The position numbers and the translations under genes were made by a program. The notes under the pieces were generated by a model. That model was not told the DNA's origin. It ran no database searches and saw only the letters and a program-made list of their open reading frames with translations. A stretch of 64,000 bases of DNA from Setoptus koraiensis (taxonomy: Eukaryota; Animalia; Arthropoda), in the NCBI GenBank assembly GCA_048013815.1, contig CM106585.1, forward strand, positions 2,046,001 to 2,110,000, in the 5' to 3' direction. Below, piece after piece: positions 23,187-34,177 of the stretch (its first letter is position 1; each line of letters starts with the position of its first letter).

Positions 23187-24698
23187 ATGTCTAAAATTTC
23201 TAAAGGTAACAAATTCAATGCTCCCAAAGACAATGTCAAGCAACAACAACCATCATCCACCTCCTTGTTGGCCATAAATCAACCGTCCGCTTCCTCTTTG
23301 GCCAGCCTATTGTCTTGCCAAAGAAATGTAAATAGAAGCTCCACAACAAGCAAAAATAAGAAACAACTCAATAATTCGGCTCCTATCAATGCTAGCCTCC
23401 CTAAAAAGAAAAATACCAAAAATATCAGCAGTGAACAGCAATTAAACTACAATTATAATAATAATATTAGTAATAGTAATAACAACACTCATACTACTAA
23501 TACCTACAGCGATAACATGACACAAAAATTTGATGCAATCACACTCAGATTGCTGGAATCACTCTTCACCATCAATGAACGTCCATGTAGTGAGGCCATC
23601 GAAATGATAGCGCAAAGAATAAAATCTGACTTCACCACTGTCTCTCATTGGTTCCATGTCAAAAGAAATAGATCGCAACAGTTCCAAGAGAGAAATCAAG
23701 CCTCTAGTTTATTAAGAAATAATCCTCAAACGAAAAACAAGAGAAAAGAACAAACATATGATATCACTGATGATGATAATATTACCACCCCAAGTAACAA
23801 TAGTATCAATACTTGTAACAATAACAACAAAAGATTGAACATTACCAAGAATCATCGCACATCCACCGAGTCTTCATCTGCAGATTCCTCTACAAATTCC
23901 AATCTGATCTTCCCGTTCGATGCTAGTCAACTTCTGAAGCATCTTCAACAACAATTATTGCAACAGCAACAATTGCAACAGCAACAAATGCAACAGCAGC
24001 TATTGGAAAAAAATAACAAATCTATTTATGATGACAGTTACGATCTAGATGATAGGTTAGAAGACGATCTCCAACCAGATGTACCACTCAACGATATCGA
24101 TTATTACGCATCCTCAAATTCGGCTGCACCAAGTGCCGACTGTGAAGACTATGATGATGTGGATATCCAAGATTATTCCTTCGAAGAGATAGCCGCAGTT
24201 TCCGAAATGGTCAGACATAGACGGATGACCATGGGCCTTTCACAAACTAAGGCGAGCCAGAGTTTCAGAGCATTCACCGGCGGCCAATGCGAATTCGGAG
24301 ACAACTTTATCGCTCAATTTGAGAGTATGCAAGCAGAACAGCATACTGCAAAGTGGGCTCTGAGATCGTTCGGTCCATGGCTGGATTATATTGAAGGAGA
24401 GCTTAGCTTGGGCCGCGAACTATTATTCATGGCACATGATGATCCCACACGGACAGCACGACGCCGCGAGGGCCGAGTATTTACCTTTTCTGAATACCAG
24501 AGAACAATTCTTGAGAATTGCTTTGCGGAAAGCCAGTACCTCACACCTGAACAATTCGACGAATTGTCGCGTACAATAAGAGTCCCTAACAGAAGCTTGA
24601 AAACCTGGTTCAAGAACAGAAGAAGCAAGCAGCGTTCGCAGTCAAAAGTATCAGAAACAAATGTTGTGAAATCATGTAATAAGTTCGTGGTACATTAA
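23187..24698 (+). CDS. Divergent intronless POU-related transcription factor: atypical homeodomain + POU-specific-like domain + K50 homeodomain
   Basis: 503-aa ORF. HD1 (~23517-23680) FDAITLRLLESLFTINERPCSEAIEMIAQRIKSDFTTVSHWFHVKR. POU-specific-like domain (~24183-24400) EEIAAVSEMVRHRRMTMGLSQTKASQ...IAQFESMQ...WLDYIE. HD2 (~24459-24640) RRREGRVFTFSEYQRTILENCFAESQYLT...LKTWFKNRRSKQR. Asn- and Gln-rich linkers. Confidence 0.85.
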   Translation: MSKISKGNKFNAPKDNVKQQQPSSTSLLAINQPSASSLASLLSCQRNVNRSSTTSKNKKQLNNSAPINASLPKKKNTKNISSEQQLNYNYNNNISNSNNNTHTTNTYSDNMTQKFDAITLRLLESLFTINERPCSEAIEMIAQRIKSDFTTVSHWFHVKRNRSQQFQERNQASSLLRNNPQTKNKRKEQTYDITDDDNITTPSNNSINTCNNNNKRLNITKNHRTSTESSSADSSTNSNLIFPFDASQLLKHLQQQLLQQQQLQQQQMQQQLLEKNNKSIYDDSYDLDDRLEDDLQPDVPLNDIDYYASSNSAAPSADCEDYDDVDIQDYSFEEIAAVSEMVRHRRMTMGLSQTKASQSFRAFTGGQCEFGDNFIAQFESMQAEQHTAKWALRSFGPWLDYIEGELSLGRELLFMAHDDPTRTARRREGRVFTFSEYQRTILENCFAESQYLTPEQFDELSRTIRVPNRSLKTWFKNRRSKQRSQSKVSETNVVKSCNKFVVH

Positions 24699-24960
24699 AA
24701 ACAAACTGTAACATCTGAGTTGATGCTCTCGAATTTGATGTTTAATGTTTGAATGCCTTTATTCTGATATTCTTGATAGCAAGCTCTTCCATACTGTAGA
24801 AAAATTTCTGATCGATTCGTGTCCATCGTGCATTAGAACCTCTGAAGAGATGGTTATTTACGATCATTACTGTTTGAATCACCTATACTTTATTCTCTAC
24901 TTTCTATGAGAATAACAACTATATACAGCAAATTTCATATTAAGTAAATTAAATACCTAT

Positions 24961-27066
24961 TCACACAGCATCTTCTCTTATCCTACAACACCCTTCTTGT
25001 ATATATCTAGTAGGACCAGATTGCAAAATGGTCTGATTATTATCTTTCACTGTATTTTGATCCACAGAAATAATACTTTGATTGTTAGTGTCGAAATCTG
25101 AATAGAAAATTGTATTGGGTGTGCGTCGATTACTGTCATTAGCTACTACACTCTTGGTGGTATTACTTTTAGGTAATTTTTTAGACCCCATTTTTCTGAA
25201 CCAGCCAGTTCCAGTGGAATTAGTATTACAGTTAAGATTATTGGTAATCGGTTTCTTCCTTGCACTATTATTCGATAACTTAGATTCCTCAAAAAAAGTC
25301 AGCACGTGATTAGGATGAATGCACGACGGTAGTGAAAGAGTCCTGTTCATACCTGGGCCAATATCTAAGTCTAGATGATCCACGATAGTAGTGTCTGGTC
25401 TTTTGGGTCTGAATCTTGCTGATCTACAATGATTTCTACTTCGTAAAGCTCTCGTGGCCACATCTACTTCACGTTCAGTGATTCTAAATCCTTCCAAATC
25501 ATCATTTTTCACGATTTCTCTTTCTCTGGCAAACGATTTCAGCCATTCCTCTTTTTCTTTTTGATTTCGTGTTGTAAAAACAAACCATTTTTGTTGCTCA
25601 GAACAATAAAGCTTGAAACTTTTTCGAACCTTATATTCCTCAACATCCACTACTTCAGTCACCGTGTCCATGCAAACTCTGCCCCTCATAATAAGACTAT
25701 TACGTTTTAGCAAGTCTTTCTTAAAATAAACTAACAGGTGGTCGAATAAGTACAGCTGAACTCCTTGAGACCATGTGTGAGATGTCATTTTAGTTACTTC
25801 TCCGCAATGGATGAGAATAGAACTAGTTTCCCATAACTTTGGCCCAAACCAATTATCAATTTTGTCTTGCAGCGAGATGAGTTCCGCCAGGGATTCTATG
25901 CGACGCTTACGCTCGTTGGCTAAGTTGGCGCAGTTACGCATAGATTCTAATGCATTCAGGACAGGTAAATAATCTTCATGATCTTTAGGAGTGTGCTTAA
26001 GTAGCTCATTCAACTGTAGAGGGTATTTGCATATTTTCTGGATTGGTGTTAGTAGGAAACCATCCAAAGATATATCAATCATACTTCGTAGTAGACGGCA
26101 TGCTTCAAAAAATCGAGCATATCTTGGTTTGACATATAAATCCTGTAACTCACTAATAGCGTTAGGATGGTTATTACAATAATGATAGTAAACTTCAAAT
26201 CCTTTTTCGTAGTCCAAGAAGCATTGTCCAACTTCACTCGCTGACAGATGCGACCATTCTATACATGACTCCAGTCTATTCAGGAAGTCACATTGGAAGT
26301 CGTATAGTTGTTCGATATTCGAAAATATAGTAGAGATCCTCACAGCATTAAACATTTCTGGATGTCTCCTAGCCGGATATAAGTAACCTTCTATAACGTC
26401 TTTTAAATGTTTCACGAAGTCTCTTTCGCTATTGATCAGCTCCAAAACGACATTAGCTCTCACCTTACTCTTTTTGATAGATTGCTCTTTTTCATGGTTG
26501 TCATCGTCGATTTGTGTTGATTGTTTGCCTTCCGAGATTTGCAATTGATCATTATTAGTAGGAATACTATCTACTTGATCAATTTTAATTGAAGACTGCT
26601 CTCTAGGGAGACACAACGAAGTCTGTTGTATATAACTGTAATATGCAATTAGTTCATGAAGAGGCACAGTTGGTTGCTTCGACAAGACTGAGGCCAATGT
26701 TTCTTGAGAGTCACCGTAGTAATCGTCCCGATCTGAAGTGGCTAGATCTTCCTCCTCGTCATCCCCTTCATCTCCACAATTCGAAAATGATTTTTGCGCA
26801 ACATGTGAAAGATCTTCCAAATCTGATTCGTCGTTCTGAAAATCGTGATCTTGCTCTTGCGTGCATTCATTTGTGACTAGAATTTTAGGTTGCGAAAAGA
26901 AATCATGATTGTCATCGGGATTATTTAGTCTACGGAGTTGATTGGTTGCCGAACTATTTTGTTCTTCGATAGATGTTGCGGATGCCATGTGATTATTTGT
27001 AACATTGTTACGCAGCCTATTAGTTGATTCTGTGGTATCTTTTTCAATATCCGCCTCCATATCCAA
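24961..27066 (-). CDS. Dbl-family Rho GEF (DH-PH), ARHGEF4/ARHGEF9/SPATA13-like; single exon
   Basis: 701-aa ORF. RANVVLELINSERDFVKHLKDVIEGY...IFSNIEQLY.FQ...YCNNHP...RFFEACRL...DISLDGFLLTPIQKICKYPLQL.ELLK.T...INERKRR-like, then a PH domain (LYLFDHLLVYFKKDLLKRNSLIMRGR...EKEEWL). These are Asef/collybistin hallmarks. Confidence 0.92.
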   Translation of the reverse strand: MDMEADIEKDTTESTNRLRNNVTNNHMASATSIEEQNSSATNQLRRLNNPDDNHDFFSQPKILVTNECTQEQDHDFQNDESDLEDLSHVAQKSFSNCGDEGDDEEEDLATSDRDDYYGDSQETLASVLSKQPTVPLHELIAYYSYIQQTSLCLPREQSSIKIDQVDSIPTNNDQLQISEGKQSTQIDDDNHEKEQSIKKSKVRANVVLELINSERDFVKHLKDVIEGYLYPARRHPEMFNAVRISTIFSNIEQLYDFQCDFLNRLESCIEWSHLSASEVGQCFLDYEKGFEVYYHYCNNHPNAISELQDLYVKPRYARFFEACRLLRSMIDISLDGFLLTPIQKICKYPLQLNELLKHTPKDHEDYLPVLNALESMRNCANLANERKRRIESLAELISLQDKIDNWFGPKLWETSSILIHCGEVTKMTSHTWSQGVQLYLFDHLLVYFKKDLLKRNSLIMRGRVCMDTVTEVVDVEEYKVRKSFKLYCSEQQKWFVFTTRNQKEKEEWLKSFAREREIVKNDDLEGFRITEREVDVATRALRSRNHCRSARFRPKRPDTTIVDHLDLDIGPGMNRTLSLPSCIHPNHVLTFFEESKLSNNSARKKPITNNLNCNTNSTGTGWFRKMGSKKLPKSNTTKSVVANDSNRRTPNTIFYSDFDTNNQSIISVDQNTVKDNNQTILQSGPTRYIQEGCCRIREDAV

Positions 27067-27475
27067 AGTTTGCTTTCATTTTAATATCAGATAAATAGAA
27101 GAGATCTTTTCATGTCGATTAAATTCGACAATCCGTGATCCATCCGTTTTGGCTGGCTTTAGCTACAATTGTTTGTTGTTGTTGATATTTGTCTAATAGG
27201 CTGATGGAAAAGATTATAGATGAGACGCAATTATTATAATACCTTGAGTAAATCTAGCGGATGTATTCCAATAATACTGTGCTGATATAATAATATCTTA
27301 ATATCAGATAAAAAACGTATCATTAATGATAATAACAAAGATTATTGGCATCTGATCCAGGTAAGCACTGTTGAAATACAAACAACGGACAGGAGAGAAC
27401 CGAAAATGCACTGTGTGAGTCACTGAGTCATTTTACACGGTCACCCAGCATAAGGAAGCAAGTGGCCGTAACTAG

Positions 27476-27774
27476 TGTTGCGGTTACGAGAGCTGCTGGA
27501 ATGGGTATGCCCGAACTACGAACCCGCCCCAAAGAGCGCTCGGGCATACTTGGTGTTCGGGCGGATGGTGATTGGTGTTAAAGGGAATGAGTTTTTTCTG
27601 GTGTTTTCTATCAAATTAGCTTGATATTATCATCTACTTGTCGCATCGGTTGGGCCTGGCAATTTACAATGAAGGTATCTTGTGAAAAATCATCTTACGA
27701 GATCACTGCGCGTCCGACCGAACACGCAGAAATCTGGCCGGAGGCGGCCTCCACCCATGAACTTTCCCGCAACA
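27476..27774. mobile_element. 299-bp inserted element with TG...CA ends, 8-bp terminal inverted repeats and 4-bp TSD (solo LTR or Ginger-like MITE)
   Basis: CTAG|TGTTGCGG ... CCGCAACA|CTAG. Identical CTAG at 27472-27475 and 27775-27778. Interior is GC-richer than the flanks and contains a 10-bp stem GTATGCCCGA/TCGGGCATAC. Confidence 0.7.
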
Positions 27775-28064
27775 CTAGTGCACACATTTGTTTGTGTTAG
27801 TTAGGAATGAGCGAAAGTTATTCCTAAACAAAACAAGACCTTGAAATACTAACTTGTGCGAATCAGCATGGAAAGGCAGTCCAAGGAAGGTGGTATATAA
27901 TTGTTGCCCAACTTCAACAATCCAACTATAACTAAAATACTATACTCTTTTTACATGTCGGGATATAAACAAAATCGTACAAGCGTAAGCCACCCTATTA
28001 TTTTTCGTACTCTGCTTTATTCGATCATACAATGAAAGAGAGCTTGCTCTAGTTTAAATTGTGT

Positions 28065-30043
28065 TTATAAACTCTTATCGATTTTTGGCTTTTTTGATGT
28101 CAGTGCATGGATCGGACCAAAAGCAGTAGCCACAACAGTGCTTACAAGGCATATCACGTTGTAAGGCATGCTAAAATCTGGTGTTGGCAGAACTACCAAT
28201 AATGGTCGGGCATACAATCTAACAAGTACATGACTATCCTTCACCCTGGTACCATCACTCATTGATTCCACTGCCCGCATACTTTGGAGTACATGAGGTG
28301 ATATGAATAATTCTTCGCTCGATTTCGGTAATGTAATACTTATCACCGCGGCTGAGAGGAGTACGCCTCTATTCGCGTCCGGCCTATACTCTGTCCAACT
28401 TAAGAAAGCTCGCTCAAAATCTATTGAAATATCCACAACAGTGTTGGGTGGTATCGTTAATTTAAACTCAATGGACGCTGGTCTACCTCGATCGTGGCTC
28501 GGAGTAAATTGAAGGTTTTCATATTGCAATAGCAGACCTGACCTGGTCCGGATCTTGAGAGTGTGCAGATAAACTCTCAGGTAGCTTGGTAATATGTCAA
28601 AGTAGGTTATGGAAATGGATTTATCGTCGTTATTCTTTACTATCCCTATGATGGTACCACTAGTGAGACCAACACCAGCCACATGTGTCGAAAATTCTAC
28701 TGGAGGTTTTTTCATGTCGGAATGCTTGAATGGACTATTGAAGCGTTGGCCAACGTTAGTGCTCGACTTGTTAGATTTTTTCGATTCCTCAATAATTGAT
28801 TTCACGTCGAACTGTGCAAACGTTCTATCACCAAGATCAGCCCTCTTCATTGTATTGTCGTTTGGAAATATTGAATTAGCACCTAGTTGAGTCCTATTGG
28901 TATCTTCAATATATATCTTACTAGATTGAGCAACAGGACAAACTTTCGTTAATGGTGAACCGAACAATTTAATGAGTGACCAACTATGCATACCTTCGAA
29001 AAGCCGAACAGCGTTGAACACAATTGTCATGGTTTGAGAGACTTTAAAATTAGTGTGCAAGCATTCGACATCCAAGCAATTCGGAACTACATCTATGGCG
29101 AGAGAAGAATAAGTAGATTTAAATAAATTTCCACTATTGAGTAGAGTTGAAAGTCCAGACTTTGAGAAGCACGGTAGCAGTTTCTTCCATGGAGTCAGAT
29201 TTTCGGTGCACAGAGATTCATCGGCGATATTGGAGTAATAGATTGACTCCTTTGAGGATCCGTCCATTGCTTGAAACGATAACCTCGGATGAGATGTTGT
29301 CCTATGATCGATGGATGTCAATGATGCACAAAATTTGCCGGACAATGCCTTGACAAGCAAATCCCAGGATTTGTCATTATCTCTGTTGTATGGCACAAAT
29401 CTTGCCCACAATTGTGCTCCTGGTGGACTAGGCCGAGAGGGATATCCCCAAGTGTCATAGAGCCAGTTTCCTTTTGTGAGACTAAAGTGAAACTCATTAG
29501 CTTGAGTAGTTGAGATTATCTCCGCGATTGGTAAAGGGAACAACTGAAATTTGTCCTCTGTTTAGTAAGTGAAAAAAGGATAACCATAACAAATCATTAA
29601 GTCGTGAGCATGATAAGAATTGATAAAGGCATGAGGATATTAAGCTTAACCTTTGATCTGTGCGAAGTGGCGTGTCGATACTAACCCCATATTAAGTGGC
29701 CTAGGTCAGAACGGTAGAATGTGTCAAATTGGAATTCCACGTGTATTTGGCCATCAATCATGGGACGAATAAATAGATTCTCCTGGTAATAGTCATTTTT
29801 CGGATATGAAGGCGAGTGTGGCACATCATTTTGTGTGTGCTGTCTAGACGAATTTAACTTATTTGTTGCATCCAAGTCTGTGATAAATGTAATAGTTGTA
29901 ATAAATATAAAATAGAAAAAACAATTGTATAATGATAAATGACTCCTGCCTCTGGGATATGTCACATTTACGGCTATTTGCCGGCCGGTGCTAACATGTG
30001 AGTATCTTGTATCGGTGGCTGTTACAAGAGGCATTGTTGTCAT
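28065..30043 (-). CDS. PIGT: GPI transamidase subunit PIG-T; model complement(join(28065..29557,29686..30043))
   Basis: Hydrophobic signal, then DYYQENLFIRP...FQFDT. A phase-1 intron (29558-29685) gives W-EDKFQLFP. Conserved G.W.Y..WG, FCASL, CTENLTPWKKLLPC and C-terminal PTPDFSMPYNVICL plus TM segment. Confidence 0.95.
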
Positions 30044-30864
30044 TCTGTTTTTACTAGTTCTATTTACTAGTAACGAGTATCAGTAGGATTATGATTAAAG
30101 TAATAATAATATAAATAATATTGTGAGTAACAATGCTAACAAACAAATTCTCTATATGTTTGCTTTTTTTATCGTGTCAGCATCAATGCATCAGCAATAT
30201 GAGTTGGGATACAGAGAATCTTGATTGCACACTTTCGTATGTTGAGTGTACACGGTGCACTATAAGAAATGGACAGTACTTTAGCATAGAATGAATGCAT
30301 CAATAGGCCCATTTGTTTGTTCTTGGCGTGTCTTCCACATGGTAGTAGAAAAGCGGACATATTATAAAGTAATTAGAGAGTTTATGTTCATATTCATTAG
30401 CACCAGGCTCTTCCAACATCACCATTGACATTCTAATATACTGTATAGGTGCACCGAATATATATAATATAAATATATATATTATATTTACATATAAATA
30501 TATAGATATAAGTGTTATCAAGTTTACTCAATCGAAAATCAAGTCTATCATCTCATCAATCATATATAGCTACGGTCGATCTTATTGCCATAAACACTGC
30601 TGCTGTAAACACTACATTGACAGTTGTCATGATCTTACCTAATGATGACAATATTTGATTGATTGAGTAAATTCTATGCAGCGACGAGAATCAAGGGTCC
30701 AAAATTAATCCGTTTGTTGCAGTTGCGAGCACTTAACTTTCGTTGACCAGCTTATCAGCTCATAGGTTGAACAGAGAGCAACAGGACGACAACAACAGCA
30801 TAACATCAGTAACAACCACTTAAGCTAGGAAAAGAACACATCACATCTAGTAACTAGTGTCAAA

Positions 30865-31457
30865 ATGTGCCAAGAGCAAGTGCCAGTGCAAGAGCAAGCA
30901 CGAAACACCGATAATGACGGCGCATCAGCTGGACAAGTAATTATAATGACAAACGAAAGATCGGCCCCATCTCATGAAGAAGACATCATAGTATATTCAA
31001 TATTTGGAAAGAAAATGCCTTACGATTTGTTAACACTAATCTATGCCTCTCTAGTGGCATTCGGGGGAATACTCGGATACGTCCTAAAAGACAGCAAGCC
31101 ATCGATAATATCAGGTTCTATATTTGCTACTATTTTACTTGTGGGTGCCTATATCGAGGCCAAATACAAGTGAGTAACCAACACCAGTGTCAACAATTTT
31201 TTTGTTGCCTGCTTGCATTAACATCAACACCCAATATCCCTTACTAACTAACTTTTATCTCTCTTTTTCTGGCATTTAGAAACCACTACCTTTTGATTGC
31301 AGCCTCAGCCACATTATTTGGTGTAATGGGGTTCAGAGCGTTTAATGCGTCCAAATTTTTTCCAGGCGGACTTGTCGCATTGTTGTCATTGTTCATGCTG
31401 TTGCGCTACTCTTACTTTACGTATTTAAGATATCAGAGAAGGACAAGAACTCAATGA
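30865..31457 (+). CDS. TMEM14: Transmembrane protein 14 family; model join(30865..31169,31280..31457)
   Basis: YASLVAFGGILGYVLKDSKPSIISG...MGFRAFNASKFFPGGLVALLSLFML matches TMEM14 (YA.LV..GG..GY....S..SL..G ... MG.R...S.KF.PAG). Phase-2 GT-AG intron. Confidence 0.9.
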
Positions 31458-31692
31458 GAACCACTTGAATAAGTTGAATCGCCAATGTATCAGCAACAAC
31501 AAAGCATAATCAAATTTCAACAACAATACTTAGCATTCAACCTAACATCATTGATATTATTTAAATCTTTGGCACATCGTAACTTCCCTCATAATAAACA
31601 TCAAGTTGTTTGCAATCCTCGGCTCTCTGTTCGCTTCCAACTATCCTATGCGGCTAGTTTTTCCGGCGGGTCGATTCTAATCGATCCGGTGA

Positions 31693-32307
31693 CTAGGCAC
31701 ACTCTTTGGGTTTAAGATGATCGGTGTTGTAGGTGTCAAACTCAAAAGGTGGGCAACATATCGCACACGTCTTCGAGGTCAAGCCAAGTCCAGCGACAAC
31801 GCAAGAATCAGTGCACGCATTAGCTGGCCCACACTTTCTTCTGATCGTTGTCAACACTCCATTGATGTAAACAGTTTCAGTTGTGCAATTCCTTGAGGCC
31901 AATGGGCATTCAGTTATCAGCTCCAATTCTGCGGTTGCTAAATTGTAGCGTGGATTGAAACAAGGATCATCGATAGTGACTCTCTTTGTCATGTAATCTC
32001 CATGGCAAATGGGGCAATTAATTCTGAGGCTATTCTTTGGCATGTTAGGCGGCCTCTTGTACTTCTTCACAACCTGACGTCTTAATTGTCTTTGACCTGA
32101 TTGGCGTATAATGGTAGATGCACATGCATTACAATGAATAGAGAGAAAAGTTTGAAGATCTGGGATTCTCTGCAAAAAAAGAAAAACTCTATTCATTTAG
32201 CTATAAATCTAACCTGATATGAAATTCTCCATTAATAGTAAAACTATTATTAGGAGCATTATTTTATATGGCCCCGATAGACGTCTGTTGTTTATCCAGG
32301 TAGCCAT
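31693..32307 (-). CDS. Secreted three-finger (Ly6/uPAR, quiver-like) cysteine-rich protein; signal exon 32214..32307 plus main exon (acceptor at 32159 or 32096)
   Basis: MATWINNRRLSGPYKIMLLIIVLLLMENFIS|GTTAG donor (phase 1). Domain CPIC...DPC...ECPLASRNC...RRKC...CTDSC...TCAICC...EC has three-finger Cys spacing. Confidence 0.7.
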
Positions 32308-32799
32308 AGATGAGATTTAGAGCAGTTTCTGATTCGGAATATTAGTTCATGTAATAACAATAGTTGCTTTTTTATTTGATCTTACATTTGTATGATACTA
32401 ACTACAATTTTGATTGCACTTTGAAAATTTTAGACAACTCAACAGTAACTGAGGGTCCGGAGGGCATCATCATGAGTGATCCATGGTCATCACCATGGCA
32501 ACAACAGAATTTACTGACCACTAATCTATAGCTGACCCATGCACGTTCTGGTTAGATTCAAAAAGTATATTACAATGTGTCCAACTTAGCGGTATTATTC
32601 GCACAGGCCTGGACGCAATCTCGACATTGAGAGCGGCAGAATTGACATGGACATCGCATGATGGCCCCCATTTTCGCCCACGCGACTCGAAATATTTTCT
32701 TCTCAAATCATTGAGTTTACATCATCTCAGCTACGTGCAATAAGCCTTCGAATTCGAGGAAATTCACGGTCTGAACTCATTCATATCCTAATTGTCCCA

Positions 32800-33175
32800 C
32801 TGAACGAACAATCTCTGATAGTGATCTGTCCAGCTACTAACTGTTAATTCACTAGATACATAGCGTTTCAATGAAATGAACTAATCCAAGAGCAATCTAT
32901 GCTGATAATACTCAATCAGGATAGACGTTATCATATTGATGTCTACATGTCACGTAAAAGCGACTTTTTTATAAAGTAGTCAGAAATAGATTCATATTTA
33001 TTCGGGATAGATCCTACTTGCATCTAGATTGCCTCATCCACATACAAATTCACCACTGATATATCACTTCGAGATTCCGACTTCACACCTCAATTGGCTG
33101 GTCGCGACTATCTTGGCTAAAGATTCATCAAGGCCCACATTTGTATTCATTGATTCGATATAAAGATTTAGATCG
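32800..33175 (-). mobile_element. Possible decayed Ty1/copia reverse transcriptase relic
   Basis: On the minus strand, across frameshifts and stops: KSLY (33158-33169), NLYVDE (33036-33047 core), LRDM, SILIE, ISLKRYV. This is the order of copia KSLYGLKQ, LYVDD, MKDLG, LGIE, LSQ.KYI. Confidence 0.3.
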
Positions 33176-34177
33176 CAGCAAGTGAGTTAAAAAATGACTG
33201 ATGAGTATTAATGTCAAGCTAGAAAATGAATCAATGAATCGATGAAGTCATCGGGGGTTTTCACTAACTGTCTAACCATCTTGATCATGACTCAATATGA
33301 CGCACGATTTTAGCTCATTTATAATTTCACGGAAAGAATTCATTGAAAGTGAAATTGGAGCTTAGATCGACGTCTATAAAGCAGTGAGCAAAGTTTTCGA
33401 GGTAACTGCTGAATCGACTCATTTGTTTTTTTTTCTGATTTGTAGCCCACTGATTCGTTTCTCGTTAGTTTTCTGAACAAATGTGTATCTTCAAGTCGCG
33501 ATCTAGCCATTGATGCGATCACTGGCAAGTATTTGAGAGTTCCGAACCCATCATCATGTGTCTAAAGTTATATGATTCATTTACAACAGTTGGTTACAAC
33601 TTTGTTTGTTTGTGTTTTGCTAGCACATTGTTTGCTTTGTTGATGCGATCATGATAAAATTGAGTTTGAGCTATAAAGATGCCCAACTCAAACACTAGCA
33701 ATAAACGAGCGCCTCGAATATATAAAACAATAAGCGAAAATTCAGTAGTGATTGTTTTGATGTTGTTCGTTTGGAGAGATTATCATCAGACTCAAACTCA
33801 TTCTGTAGCTTGTCGATAGTAGGCATTCACATTTATCATGTTGTTCCATAACTATATATTTATATATATGTTTGGCATACACGTTGAACTATCCACTGAT
33901 TTTGTGAATGATAGTAGTCCATTATAGTCGATGAGCAACTTAGCTATGATTCTGTACCATGTTTTATATGATTCCTGTGAAGAAAAAATTTGTTTCTATT
34001 TGCCTGAATAGTCGCACCTTATCGTCTTATGCTGAAACCTTGTCCAGCCAGAATTAATTATTACGATTATTAATTTATGAAATTATTGTTAGTCAATCTA
34101 CTTCCGTGCTTTTATTTAAATATCAGGGAATTGTTTGCTCTTCCAAAGTGAGACAGTTTTCATTTAAGATATTCAAC

